A stretch of DNA of 64,000 nt, taken from the NCBI RefSeq assembly GCF_009914755.1, contig NC_060945.1; one strand, 5' to 3'. Every line of letters starts with the position of its first letter. Position 1 is the first letter of the stretch. Source of the stretch: the human T2T-CHM13v2.0 reference genome, Homo sapiens. The notes under the pieces are model-generated. The model was given only the letters and a program-made list of their open reading frames with translations, made no database searches and was not told the DNA's origin. Position numbers and translations under genes: made by a program. This document shows, piece by piece, positions 45,779 to 62,896 of this stretch.

Positions 45779-48700
45779 TGGTCTCTTAGCCACGCATGCT
45801 TCCATCTCTGGGCCCATATGCTTGCTGTCCTGCTACCTGGAATATTGTTCCCCCGGTTAATTACGAAGCTCATTACACAGCAGGTCCTTGCCCAGGTATC
45901 ACCAGATCCTATCAGCCTTTCTGACCAGCCTGTAAAAGAAACATCCCCCATTACACTTTTTTTTACCCCTTAACCTGCTTTTTGTTTTCTTTCTCTAACC
46001 ACTATCTGACAGAATATATTTGTGTATCTATTATATGTCTCCCTCTACTAAGACCTTTGGGAGCAGAAACTTTGATTTATTCACTCCTGGATTTGCCCTA
46101 CCTAGACCTGTTTCTTGTACTTGGTAAAATGTTCAATAAATATTTGTTGAATCACCAAAAAAGCCCCAGAGGCCCCACTGCATTAATCATGTTTGGGCAA
46201 AAACATGAGTCCACGAAGTGTGAATTTTACCTAAGGAACTATTTTTTTTTTTTAAACTTATTCATAGGAATACCATTAGTTTGTCAAATGCCTTGCTGAG
46301 GTCATTATAGCAACTTCTATAGGTATCTCCTGAAGCTCTGAAAGAAAAAAATTTATTGCAGATTTCAAAATACATAGAAAAGGAGAATTCTAATGTTGCC
46401 AACACAAAGAAAAGTGTTTGAGGTGATAAATATCCCAATTACCGATTTGATCATTACACATTTTATATATGTATCAAAATAATGACGTACCCCAAAATAT
46501 GTACAACTGTGATATATAATTGATATATTAATTTTAAAAAAGAAAAGAAGTAGTTTGGCATTACTGTCCTTGGTATACCTAAACTAGCTCAAAGTGTTCA
46601 TCTCTTTCATCTCTAATTGCTGATAAACTTTTTATTAATCTGTGCTAAAATCTTTAAAGAGCTCGAGATCAAGTCTGTAGTTTTCAAATCACTTTTCATC
46701 TTCTTTCAAAATCAGGACATATACCATTTGCAAATTCCTGATATTTCTCTTATACATTTCCTCGTTTAATTATCAACAGCATACCTTAAATCTACAGATG
46801 ATTCTAGCACCGGAGATATCAATCCCCTCAGAGTTACTATTTCTTCTTTTTCTTTAACTCCTCACCTTAGGATGTTAGCTCTGTTCTTTTTTACTTAAGG
46901 TTGCTTTTCTTGGAATAAAGAATGAAACAAAATGAGATTCTGAAGATTTTATTTTTGCCTCCATCTGCACTGAGCGGGAGTCTGAAGACTTTCTCTGAAC
47001 TTAGCAAAACAGCTTTTTGAGAACCATTAGCCCATTTTTGACATTTAGCCTTCCCTTCCCCATTGTTATGGGTTTCAGCCAGTGACTTTTTCATTTGCAG
47101 CTGGTCTACCTTATGCAGTCTTTTCGGTTTCCTATGCATTTCCCCCTTTTCTTTCTTCATGGGCATTATTTTTCATATACGGACAGACTATTTTAGAGTT
47201 ACCCATTTCTCATGAGCCATTTTCTGTTTTAGATATTTGTCAATGCAAACATACCTATCCCCTTGGAATTAAGACAGGTTTTTTAAAAAAATAATTTTTG
47301 AGCACATGCTAAATGTAAGCAAGAAAATGTGCTATATACTGCAGAGCAGTTTTTTCTCAAAATTGGTTCCTGGACCATCTGAATCTGAACCATGGGGTGG
47401 TGATAATGGTATTTATTACCATGTAAATTACCAATTACTCAATCAGAATTAGAAGGGGGTAGATGGGAGACTTGGGAATCAACATTTTTTTTTTCTTTAT
47501 TTCTTACTTGATGAAAAGTTTCCCAAGGAATCAGCATTTTTTTTAGCAAGTTTCTCAGGTTATACTTTTCAAAGCCTGACAACTTTATCTGTCAAGGATA
47601 TGCAGAAGCATAAGTCCCTGCTGATAAGAAGCTAATGCTATATTTAAGATGCTATGGCATAAAAATAACATAAATAATGAGTGGCACAGACAATCAGCGC
47701 ACTTGAGTCAGCAAGTGCAGCTGCTGGGAATGGGGTAGTGGGTGTTAAGGCTGGCTTCATAGAGCAGGTGTTTATTGCTCATAAAAAGCACTCAAGAACT
47801 GTTTGTTGAATTAATGACAAAAGCTGTGCTGAAAGGTAAAGAAGCCATAATATTGTTTTAGTTGAGAAAGAACTTACAACCCTTTTGTTTTCCCCCATTA
47901 TCATATAGGTAAAGAAATTGAGTTCCAGAAGAGTAATTGACACAATTGCCCCATGTCACACAACACGGTGGTATTGAAAGAGACAAGAAGGAAAGTTTCC
48001 TAACTTCAAACTTTGTGCTTTCTCCACTATCCCGTGAGAGAATTTGGACTGGCTACAAGCAAGGGGTAAGGCATTTTAAGAACTGGAGTAGGCCAGGTGC
48101 AGTGTCTCATGCCTGTAATCCCAGCACTTTGGGAGGCCAAGGCGGGCAGATCACCTGAGGTTGGGAGTTCGAGACCAGCCTGACCAACATGCAGAAACCC
48201 CATCTCTACTAAAAATACAAAATTAGCCAGGCGTGGTGGCTCATGCCTGTAATCCCCACTACTCAGGAGGCTGAGGCAAGAGAATCACTTGAACCTAGGA
48301 GGCGGAGGTTGCGGTGAGCCGAGATTACACCATTGCACTCCAGCCTGGGCAACAAGAGCAAAACTTCACCTCGAAAAAAAAGAGAACTGGAGTAAATTTA
48401 GTAAGATGTGTAATAAATGGGTTGTCATTAACCAACAAGGAAGGACAAAGGACTTGATTGAGAGATTGATGAAAGACAGGCTGGAAAAGGCAAGTTAAGA
48501 TTGTGAGGCTGCGTGTGGCACCTCATGCACCTGACCTCACCATCCTGTAATCCCAACACTTTGGGAGGCCAAGGCAGGAGAATTGCTTGAGCCCAAGAGT
48601 CAAGACCATCGGGAAATATGGTCTCTACAAAATATTTAAAAGTAAATAAAAGAGAAGACTGTGAGTCACTTGAATACCAGAGCAAAAGGAGTAGATATTA

Positions 48701-49214
48701 GAGAGCTGCTAAAAATTTTGAGACAAGATAAAAGCAATGTTAGGAAAATTAACTTGTGGTTGCTACTCGGAAAGATGAGAGAGACAAAAGTTCAGAGCCA
48801 GTGAGATGCCAGATTAGGATCCAACTTTGTGGACCATGATGAGAAAATTAAGACCCAGATTGGTAAAAGTATGGATGTGTGAACAAATTTAAAGTTTGGG
48901 TCAATACAATATGGAAACAAATCCAATTCTGGTCTAGTTCAGTAGTTTCTTTCTTTTAGTTGATTAAGTTTTTAGTTGATTTTTTCTAAAAGCAAGTAAT
49001 TCTCTTTTTTTCACACTAATGTAGAACTCAACTTTTCCTTTTCTCAAAGCCCAACTTTTTTTGTGCACAAACAAATCAATACTCAAATAAGAGTTATACA
49101 CTTAAGAGATTATAAAAGCACCATTTCATTCAGCAAACCTTTAAAAGAAGCATCTACTCTTTGTTAGGCACTGTTCCAAGTTCTGGGCCTTTAGAAATGC
49201 ATAAGATATGGTCT

Positions 49215-50082
<868 letters not shown>

Positions 50083-53000
50083 GTCTCTGTCTTCAAGGAG
50101 CTTACAACTTACTGGGGGTAAGAGACAAGGAGGCCAATGAATCACAGCACTTTGGGAGGCCGAGGTGGGCCGATCACTTGAAGCCAGGAGTTTGAGACCA
50201 GTCTGGCCAACATAGCAAAACCCCATTTCTACTAAAAATACAAAAATTAGCTGGGTATGGTGATGCAGGCCTGTAGTCCCAGCTGCTCAGGAGGCTGAAG
50301 TGGAAGGATCGCTTGAACCTGGGAGGCGGAGAGTGCAGTGAGCCAAGATGGCACCACTGTACTCCAGCCTGGGCGACAGAGAGAGAGAGAGAGACTGTGT
50401 CTCAAAAAAAAAAAAAAAAAAAATTAAAAAATTAGCCATGTATGTTGGTATATGCCTGTAGTCCCAGCTACTTAGGAGGCTGATGTCGGAGGATTACCTG
50501 AGTCCAGGAGGTTGAGGCTGTGGTTAGCTGTGATTGTGCCACTGCACTCCAGCCTGGGAACAGAGTGAGACCCTGTCTCAAACAAAACAAAACAAAACAA
50601 AACCCAAAAAGAAGCAAAAAACAAAACAGACAAATAAAATTGCAACTTGTAATTCATACTCCAATATAGGTCTTTATTTTAATTCTATGAAAACATCAAA
50701 TGGAGGAGCTGGGCATGGTGGTGGATGCCTGTAATACCAGCTACTTGGAGGCTGAGGCAGGAAGATCACTTGAGCCCAGGAGTTTGAGACCAGTTTGGGC
50801 AACATAGTGAGACCCTGGCGCTATAAACAAACAAACAAATAAGCAAATAAATAAATAAATAAATAAAACAAAGTGGAGAGTGATAAACTCTGCCTGTGGA
50901 GAAAGGTGAAGTCAATAACGTTACAGGGAAAATAGTTTCTGTTTAGGAAAACACCAAGATGGGCCATTTTATTTATGGCTATCAAGCTATCTGAGCATTG
51001 CCAGAATAACCCAGGATGTCTCCAAACTGCCCCAGGTGGGAGGTAAATGGGCTTCCGGGTGTTGGATGTAGTTGGGACATTAAGAGTGAGATTCTAAGAA
51101 ATCAAGGCTACCCAAAAATATATTGGGCTCTTTCTTGAATTAAAAAAAGACAGTCGAATGAAAGTTTCTAAGATTCAGGATTTATCAAGAGACCTAAGAA
51201 CAGGAATATGTTATTTTTTACTTCCAAATTAGAAAATTGTATGAAGTGAAAAATTTTAAACATATCCAAAAATAGAGAGCAAAGCACAATGAAGCCCAAT
51301 ATCCATCGAGATTTAAAATTACCAAGATTGTGTCACACTTGCGTAATTGCTTTTTCTTTCTTTGCTAAATATTTGAAAACAAATCTTAGAAATCCTGTCA
51401 TTTCACTCCTACATACTTCAAGATGCATCCCTAAAAAATATGGTCTTTTAAAAATTCATAATGCCATTTTTACATCTAACAAAATTAATAGTAATTCCTG
51501 GTATTTTTGGTATTATGGAATAGCCAGCAATATTAAAATATCCCTGACTGTCTAAAATATTTCTGTATACTGTTGGTTAGTTGAATGGTAACGCAAAGTC
51601 CACATATTTAAATGTTTTGACTCTCCTGTCTTTTAAATGTAGAGAAGACTTCCTTCTTCCTTCTTCTTTTTTTTTTTTTTTTTTTGGTTTCTCATGGTAT
51701 TGATTTGTTGAAGAAAATGCATCTATTGTCATTAAAAATGTTCCATATATTGAATTTGTTATAATATTCATTTTAAGTTATTTTTCTGCAATATAATCTA
51801 CATTTCACTGTATTGTTTCAGAAATTCTGCTTCCTACTCAGCTTTAAGTCAAAGGTAATTATGGGAGCAAAGGAACTTAGGAGATACTTTCCAGGAAGGT
51901 AATGGATTACAGAAAAGAGGAAGGAAGTGCAGAATTCGAAACGCAGGGTGTCGAACAAGAAGACAAAGAAAGCAGCAATGGAGAAAGAGAGATGACGCAG
52001 AGAGAGATAAGGCAACTCCCTGGCTTCCTTGTACTTACCAAAAAAAGTGAACCAAATTTGAGATTCTCTAAGATAGTTGTAAAAAGATCAGTATTATATT
52101 AAAAGAATGATGGAAATCTGAATAGTAAAATGTATTGAACCTACTAAATAGTTTGTTACATTAGCACTGTGGGTTCTTTAGCCTAAATATAGAACTTACC
52201 ATTTTTTTCTTGAGGAAAAGATAGATTATGACACTTACGGTAGAATCATGTAAAATTCAGTGGTAAATAGGTTCATGTAGTTTTACAGTTCGTTGCTTTT
52301 ATAGTCTTAGACTATAAAATAAAACAGTTGAACTGAAAATGTCTGCTCTTACCCAGTTTTATCATCCCACTGCTTTTCACGCTCTTTTGCTTTTTGTTGG
52401 CCAGCACACTAGTTCGTTTTTAGCCAAGTATTTCAAAGTGTCAAATAAAAGTACTGCTGCAGCCAGGCAGCAGCTGACTTCATTTTTACTCAAGTGTGAG
52501 ATAGCACTCACAGATGTCAACTTGTATTCTTTTTTAATGAAATAATTTTGATGAATTCTAAATATACTAAAGCATTGTCAGAATCAGCTTTGAAAATTCA
52601 GGGTTTAGTAATCAGTGCCAACTCCAGTGACACCTCAAACATACCAAATATTCGTTCTCTTAGAGACCTGGTGAGATTAACATGACAGTATTAATGATTT
52701 TAGCTTTCTATATTCACTCTTGGTATTGCTGTCATTTTATACATTTCTCCACATTACTGCCATCTAAGACAGACTCTAAGCTAAAGACATTTATTTGTTT
52801 TGCTCAGCTACCCCTACGTGTGGTAGACTAGATACCACTTGATTATGATGACAATTAAAGGAAGATGAGGCTTAAAAAATGCTTGAATTTGGATCACGGC
52901 TCACTGCACCCTCTATCTCCTGGGCTCAATAGATCGTTCCACCTCAGCCTCCTGAGCAGCTGGGACCACAGGTGTGCACCACCAACCTGGCTAATTTTTA

Positions 53001-54027
53001 AATTTTTTGTAGATACAGGATTTTATCATGTTACCCAGGCTAGTCTCGAACTCCAGGGCTCAAGTGATCCACCAGCTTCGGCCTGCCAAAGTGCTTGGGA
53101 CCACAGGTGTGAGCCACTGCACCCAGCCTGAATTTGGAAATTTCAACAGAAAGCAGCAAACATGTTTGAGAATTTGAGTATAAATAACTTATTTATTTAT
53201 GTATTTCCAGTTTCAGTACCACATAGTGAGAGATTCAGAGTGGACCATTCGCAGTTGACAAAATTCACACTTCTCCCCAAGAGTTTGAAGGGTTTTATAG
53301 TCTGTGTTAAGATTGAAGCCTGAGTGAAAATGTCTGTGAAAAACAAAGTTTAAGAGCTCAGAGGGAAACTTAAGAGAACACCATGTAAGTGAACAGCCTA
53401 TTAAGAAAGATCAAGGATAAGAAGAACTATAAAAAGAACAGATAAGGAAAGCACTCAGAATAACAGTTGCATATTGATGTGGAGGCTCAACTCAAAGGGG
53501 GTTAGAACAGGCTGGTCAAGGTTTCCAAAGCGCGACATTTAGGAGACACAAACAAACTTGGCAAGTCATGTGGTCATTAACCTGTACTTAAAACTGAAGA
53601 GAGGCCGGGCGTGGTGGCTCACGCCTGTAATGCCAGCACTTTGGGAGGCCGAGGCGGGCGGATCACGAGGTCAGAAGATTGAGACCATCCTGGCTAACAC
53701 GGTGAAACCCCATCTCTACTAAAAATACAAAAAATATTAGCCGGGCGTGGGGGCAGGCGCCTGTAGTCCCAGCTACTCAGGAGGCCGAGGCAGGAGAATG
53801 ACATGAACGCGGGAGGCAGAGCTTGCAGTGAGCTGAGATCGCCACCGCACTCCAGCCTGGGCGACAGAGTGAGACTCTGTTTCAAAAAAATAAAAAAATA
53901 AAACTCTGAAGAGAAGGGTGTGAAGGGTTTGAAGGAGGGTGCTCAGATTTGGCTAGGTGTATAATCACAGTGTTCCCAAGGTTTAGGTGGTCTTATTCTC
54001 TAAACCTGTGCTAAGACAATTGGATAA

Positions 54028-55041
<1,014 letters not shown>

Positions 55042-56744
55042 ACAACGTGAGACTAGCTCTGAAGTTTTCATTAGCTATGTGAAGCTTATATCTCAGAATA
55101 GCCTCACATACACTGGTAAAGATTAGCAGGTCATTTGGGCTGATGGCATAGTCTGGAATAACAGAGGAGGAAATAAAATTTTAAAAGCTCATGAACCCAA
55201 GAGTATGATCTTCAGAGGAGAGATTTCCTATCTCTTAAATTCTACGTAAATAGTGAAGTCCTATATGGGGGGGATCCTTCATCTGGGGCCTACCTTGGGC
55301 AGAATAATGTAGTTGTACCTCATTCTATCATAGCTAAAAGACAAAGTACTTTTTAAGACTTTGCAAAATTTTGTTCATGTTGCGTATCTTTTTAAAGTCT
55401 GACTCTCTGCACTAAAATAGGATAGCCTAAACAGGGCTCTTTTCGGAGTAAAATTATTATGAGCCCAGTAGTTTTCCCAGTAAGTAAGCTATCAGAACTT
55501 ACAAAAATATGAGACAGAGCTTTGCAGATGTAGCTAGAGAAAGGTCAGTTGGTGGACTTGAACTTGTTTTTAGTTTATTTATGTATTCTCCAATACTCTA
55601 GACTGTTCTAGAAATCACTAGAGAGAAATAATGGTGGTATTCCATGCCTATGATACATCACAGACTACATTTGGAGGACTGCAGAAAGAAGCAAAAACAG
55701 AAGTTTCCATAATGAGTGGTAGAGATGTGCTAAATGTCTTCTTTTTCAAACTTTAATTTTTAATTTTTAATTTTTTTTAGAGATGTGATATTGCTATATT
55801 GCCCAGGCTATAGTGCAGTGACTATTCACAGGTGCAGTCATAGTACACTGCAACCCTGAACTCCTGGGCTCCAGCAATCCTCCTGCCTAAGCATCCTGAG
55901 TAGTTAGAACTACAGGTGCATGCCACAATACTGGGCTTAATGCCTTCTTTACTGATCCTTGATGGTAAAGGGGAAGACCATTTTAGAACCTTTGATTCCT
56001 TGGACATAATCCCATGGTACTGCTCTTTAATAAAGATAAATTATAAGGAATTGGATTCTATAGGGAAGAAATGGATGGAAGTTGTAACAAAATGTAATAG
56101 TAATGAAATATTAATAGAAAGGCCTAAATAGAATCTGTGGCATAACTCTCAAAATAGTCCTTTAATAACCTCCTTTTGAAAATATCAAGGTTAAGACCTA
56201 GAGACGTAAAGTCCTGCCCAAAGTCAATTGTCTGGTTAGTGGCACACAGAGCACTAAAGTTTACATCAGCAGGTTCCCAGTTCAGTACATCTTCTAGAGC
56301 TTCTAAAAATTAATGTGAAGATAGTCTTTGCTCTATTGAAGCATAATTATAAACATCAAATATTTGTAAAATATCTTCTATATAGTAGGATGTTTTTCCT
56401 TTTATTTATTAGTAAATTTACCACAATATTAATTTAGTTAGTAAATTAGAATTTTTCTTTCCCATTCATCATTTATGTCACCAGCAGGTAATCCTACTCC
56501 ATCCTCCCACCACATCTCATTTCATTATCACCTGGCCTCCAGAGGGTGGAATCACTTGGGCACTGCTCAAGCTTATGAGATCTTAAAATTTATTTTTAAA
56601 ATATTTCAAATCAAAAAGTTTTTGAGCTGTGAAATTTAATAAGATATTGAGCTTTCTTCTAGCCTTTTATCCACTAATTCTACTCTTAGAAATTACTTCC
56701 TAAAAAAATACTTTTTAAGAAAACCACACACACACAAAATGTCC

Positions 56745-57370
56745 TCTAACTTTGTTCTTTTTTCTTCCAAGTTGTTTTGTCTGTTCTAGATCTTCTGCAC
56801 TTTAATTTAAACTTTAGAGTCAGCTTGCTACTTCTACAAAGTAGCTGGCTGGGATTTCTATTAGAATGCCTTGAATATACAGATCAATTTGGAAGAAATG
56901 ACGTCTTAACAATATAGAGTCATCTAATCTAGGAATATGGTATATTTCTTAATTGACTTAGGTCTTCTTTAACATTTAATTTTACTCAGCAATGTTTTAT
57001 AGTTTTCAGTGTACAGGTCTTGAACATCTTTTGTCGAATTTATCCTTAAGTATTTTACAGTTTTGATGCCACTGTACATGGCAAACTTTAATTTTAATTT
57101 CTGATTGTTTATTGCTAATATAAAGAAATGCAATTGGTTTTTGATATTGACTTTGTACCCTGCCACTGAACTAAACTCACTTTCAGTTTTAACAGCTTAT
57201 TTGCAGATTCTTTAGGGTTTTTTGATAGATGACAATATCGTCTGTGAATAAACAGAGATTTATGTCTCCCTTTCCAGTCTATTTGCTTTTTATTATTTCT
57301 CTTTCCTTATTAGAGTGTTAGAACCTCCAGGATAATGTTGAATAAAAATAGCGGGAGTGGCCATCTGCAA
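56745..57370 (-). mobile_element. Old L1 ORF2 fragment
   Basis: ORF 56969..57166 (AGYKVNIK...KYLRINSTKDVQDLYTENYKTLL) is homologous to the L1 ORF2 segment seen in the young L1 at 8581..9534. Confidence 0.8.
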
Positions 57371-57739
57371 TGGTTAATTTTTAAAATTAATTAATTAAGT
57401 TGCTTCCAAAGGATGCAGTGTTGGAAGATGGCTCCAGACTTTGAATCCTGTTTTTGGGCAGTAAGATCAAAAGCTGAAGGCAAAAGGTATATACTAACTG
57501 ATTCTGTCCCTTTTCATTAGGAATAAAATAGCTTTCCTGGAAGATCTAACCAGTAAATGTTCATTTACATTTCATTAATCAGAAATGAATTACATGTCAA
57601 CTAACGTCACGTTGGGAGGTATCTGGGGAAATAAGTTTTTGTAACTGGGTATTTTGCTGCGTCAAAGAAAATCGAGGTTTAGAAGGTAGGAGAGAGGTTA
57701 TTGGGTAATTAGCAGACATGATATTGATACTAACAGTTG

Positions 57740-58460
<721 letters not shown>

Positions 58461-58560
58461 AGTAGAATGCCAGATACAATTTGCCCGAAAGTGCTTACAT
58501 GCCCATGCGCTAATGTCTGAACAAGGTTGTTTCACTTCTACAAATGTTAGCCAAAACACT

Positions 58561-58649
58561 CTTTTTCCCTCCCTCCCTCCCTCCCTCCTTCCCTTCCTTC
58601 CTTCCTTCCTTCCTCCTTTCCTTTCTTCCTCCCTTCCTTCCCTTTTCCC
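58561..58649. repeat. (CCCT)n/(CCTT)n polypyrimidine simple repeat
   Basis: About 89 nt of uninterrupted C/T on the plus strand. Confidence 0.9.
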
Positions 58650-60441
58650 AGATAATTTTTTTAAAAAGAAAAATTGGGCCATGTTGTTTGCTCACTTAAA
58701 ATGTTTCAATACTTCTCATTATAAATCAAATACAGCCAGGCGTGGTGACTCGCGCCTGTAATCCCAACACTTTGGGGGGCCAAGGTGGGTGGATTGATAC
58801 CTGAGGTCAGGAGTTCCAAAACAGCCTGGCCAACACGGTGAAACCCTGTCTCTACTAAAAAACACAAAATTTAACCGGGTGTGGTGGCACAATCTGTAGT
58901 TCGAGCAACTCAGCAACTCAGGAGGCTGAGGTGGGAGAATTGCTTGAACCTGGAGGTGGAGGTTGCAGTGAGCTGAGCGAGATCTCACCACTGCACTCCA
59001 GCCTAGACGACAGAGCGAGAACCTGTTTCAAAAATAAATAAATAACTAAAAAGAAATAAATCAAATACAATTTTTTTTTTTTTTTGCTGCAGTTTATGAG
59101 GCCTGGTTTATCACTCCAATTTCATCTCATTTTATTCTGCCCTCTCCTTGCTGTGCTTCTGTTACTGGACATGTCAGATCCACAAACATATCTGCCTCTT
59201 TTGCTCTACTGCTTTGCACATGCTCTTTGCTCCTCCTGGGACATTTCCTCCAGCACATTGAATGGGCCAGCCCCTGCTCGTTCCTCACTTCTCAGGGGAC
59301 CTTTTAATAGATGACCAGCTAAGACATTACATATCAACGTTTATGTTTACTAATTTATTGTTTATTTCCCCCTGTGATATAAAGTTTCACAGCCACAGAA
59401 ACCTTGCCAGTTTGGTCACTATTGTATATCTGTTAGTAGTATGTTTGGCATGTCATCATAATCTGATGAACTAGATACTGTTATTATCAATAGGAACTGA
59501 AGCCCAAGGCTCAGAAATGGCACAGCCACACTGGAATCCAGGTTCTCGGACTCCAGAAGCAATATTCGTATTTGCCCTGCTCTGGATGATTTAGCAAAAG
59601 AGGGAAAGGATGCATCGGTTGAGTGTGTCATAGTTAATTGAGAAAGGACTCCATGAAGGCAAGGCCACTTGAGCAGGGCCTTGAGTGATGCATATGCATA
59701 CATTTTGTCAGATGGTGATTGAAAAAAAGGGTATTACAGGTGGTGGGAAGAGTGTGAACAGAAATAGAGTTGAGAAAGCACTTGTACAGTCTAAGAATAG
59801 TGAGTAATTGTAGAATAGGTTGTGGAGGATTTAAAACTGGAAAGGTAGGTTGCATCATTCTGTAGGTAATTAGAAGACATTAACATTGTTTTGTGAAGAG
59901 GAGACTCCATCTGTGCTTTAGAAAGCTAAAGCTGCACAGGCAAAGTGTGAGGAGTCAGATGTTGGTCTTGAACAAATCGTATATATACCTAGAATATCAT
60001 TTTACTTATTTATAAAATGGAAGCTGAGTGCAATGGCTCACAACTGTGATCCCAACACTTTGGGAGGCTGACATGGGAGGACTGCTTGAGGCTAGGATTT
60101 TAAGACCAGCCCAGGCAACAGAGTGAGCCCCTTTCTCACAAAAAGTAAAAAATAAATACAATTTGAAAGATGAGAATATAAATAACATCATGTTCATAGT
60201 TTTTGGTGAGAGTTAAATAAGATGATCATGTGAAAGTACTTTGCAAACTATAAAGCACTACACAAACATTAGCATTTTCATCATAAGTGTTCTGGGTGGT
60301 CCTGGGGTAGGGAGAGTGTACAAGTAGGCACATAGCCAGAGTAGTTGGGCAATGGCAGAGATCCAGGTAAAATGTGACCAAGGTCTAAAAGAGGATAAGA
60401 TAATAAGATAACATTGTCCACAAAATCAAGTTTAAGTAGGT

Positions 60442-62896
60442 TGTATTAGTCCATTCTTGCACTGCTGTAAAGAAACATCTGAGGCTAGGTAATTTACAAA
60501 TAAAAGAGGTTTAATTGGCACAGTTTTGCAGGCTGTACAGGAACCATAGCAACTTCTCCTTCTGGAGAGGCCTCAAGAAATTCACAATCATGGCAGAAGG
60601 TGAAAGAGAAGCAGGCACATCTTACATGACGTGAGCAGGAGGAAGAGAGAAGTGGGAGGTGCTACCCACATTTAAACAACCAGATCTCATGAGAACTCAC
60701 TATCATGAGAACAGCACTAGGGGAATGGTGCTAAACCATTAATGAGAAACCACCCCCATGATTCAATCACCTCCCACCACACCCCACCTCCAACATTGGA
60801 GATTACAATTTGACATGAGATTTGGGTGGGGACACAGATCCAAACCATATCATTCGCCCCTCGGCCCCTCCCAAATCTCATGTTCTTTTCACATTGCAAA
60901 ATATGATCATGGCTTCCCCACAGGCTCTCCAAAGTCTTCATTCATTTCAGCATTAACTCCAAAGTCTCAAATCCAAAGTCTCATCTGAAATCAGGCAAAC
61001 TCCTTCCACATATAAGCTTGTAAAATAAAAAACAAGTTAGTTACTTTCATGATACAATGAAGGTACAGGTATTGGGTAAATACTCCTGTTCCAAAAGGGA
61101 GAAATAGGCCAAAAGAAGGGGCTACAGGCCTCACAGAATTCCAAAACCCAGCAGAGCAGTAATTAAACCTCAGAGCTCCAAAATAATCTTTTGGACTCCA
61201 TGTCTCACATTCAGGTTATACTGGTGTAAGGGGTGGCCTCCCAAAGCCTTGGGCATCCCTGCCCCTGTGGTTTTACAGGGTTCAGCACCTGCAGCTGCTT
61301 TCATGGGCTAGCATTGAGTGCCTGAGCTTTTCCAGGCACACAGTGCAAGCTGTTGATGGCTCTACCATTCTGGGCTCTGGAGGATAATGGCCCTCTTATC
61401 ACAGCTCCACTAGTCAGTGCTCCAGTGGGGACACTGTGTGGGGGGCTACAACCCCACATTTCTCCTCTGCACTGCTGTAGTAGAGGATCTCTCTGAGGGC
61501 TCCACCCTGGCTACAGGCTTCAGCCCGGACAGCCAGGCTTTTTTGTACATCCTCTGAAATCTAGGCAGAGGATCCCAAGCCTCAATTCCTGCACTCTGTG
61601 CACCCGCAGGCTTAGCACCATGTGGAAGCCACCAAGACTTATGGTTTCCACCCTCTGAAGCAGTGACCCAAGCTGTACCTTAGCCCCTTTTAGCTAAGGC
61701 TGGAGCTGGAGAAGTTGGGATGCAAGGGGAGCAGGGTCCCGAGGCTGTGCAGGGCAGTGGGGCCTTGGGCCCAGCCCAGAAAATCATTCTTCCCTCCTAG
61801 GCCTCTAGGCTTGTGATGGGAGGATCTGCTGTGAAGGTCTCTAAAATGTCTTTGAGGCCTTTTCCACAGTGTTTTGGCTAACAGCACTTGGCTCTTTTTC
61901 ACTTATGCAAATTTCTGCAGCCTGCTTGAATTCCTCCCCTAAAAATGAGTTTTTCTTTTCTACCACATGGTCAGGCTCCAAATTTTCCAAACTTTTATGC
62001 TCTGCTTCCCTTGTAAATATAAGTTCCGATTTCAGGTCATTTCTTTGCTCACAAATATAAACAAAGGCTACTAGAAGCAACCAGGCCACATCGTGAATGC
62101 TTTGCTGCTTAGAAATTTCTTCCACCAGATACACTAAATCATCACTCTCAAGTTCAAAGTCCTACAGATCCCCAGAGCAGTGGCACAATCCAACCAAGCT
62201 CTTTACTAAAGCATAGCAAGAGTGACCTTTACTCCAGCTCCCAATAAGTTCATTATTTCCATCTGATACCCCCTTAGCCTGGACTTCATGTCCATATCAC
62301 TATTGGCATTTTGGTCACAACAATTTAACAAGTCTCTAGGAAGTTCCAAACTTTCCCTCATCTTCCTGTCTTCTTCTGAGCCCTGCAAACTGTTCCAACC
62401 TCTGCCCATTACCCGGTTCTAAAGCTGCTTCTGCATTTTCAGGTATCTTTATAGCAATGGCCCACTCCTTAGTACCAATTTTCTGTATTAGTCTGTTCTT
62501 GCGCTGCTATAAAGAAGTACCTGAGGGTGGGTAATTTATAAAGAAAAGAGGTTTACTTGGCTCACAGTTCTGCAGGCTGTCTGGGAAGCCTAGTGGCTTA
62601 TGCTTCTAAGGAGGCCTCAGGAAATTTACAATCATGGCAGAAGGTGAAGGGGAAGCAGGCACATCTTACAGAGCCCAGCAGAAGGAGGCTAGAGAGGTGG
62701 GAGGTGCTACACACTTTTAAACAATCAGATCTCATGAGAACTCACTCACTATCATGAGAACAGCACTAGTAGGATGGTACAAAACCATTCATGAGAAACC
62801 ACCCCCATGATCCAATCACCTCCCAACAGGCCCCACCTGGGAGGGCCCTCAATTTGACATGAGATTTGGGCAGCCACGCAGACCCAAACCATATCA
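60442..62896 (-). mobile_element. Two-LTR MaLR (MST-family) provirus
   Basis: Similar ~410-bp LTRs at 60442-60852 and 62484-62896 (tgtattagtc...aaaccatatca) around a ~1.6 kb internal region. Polypurine tract on the minus strand at ~60853-60875; MaLR-int peptide remnants (ORF 61841..62134). Confidence 0.9.
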
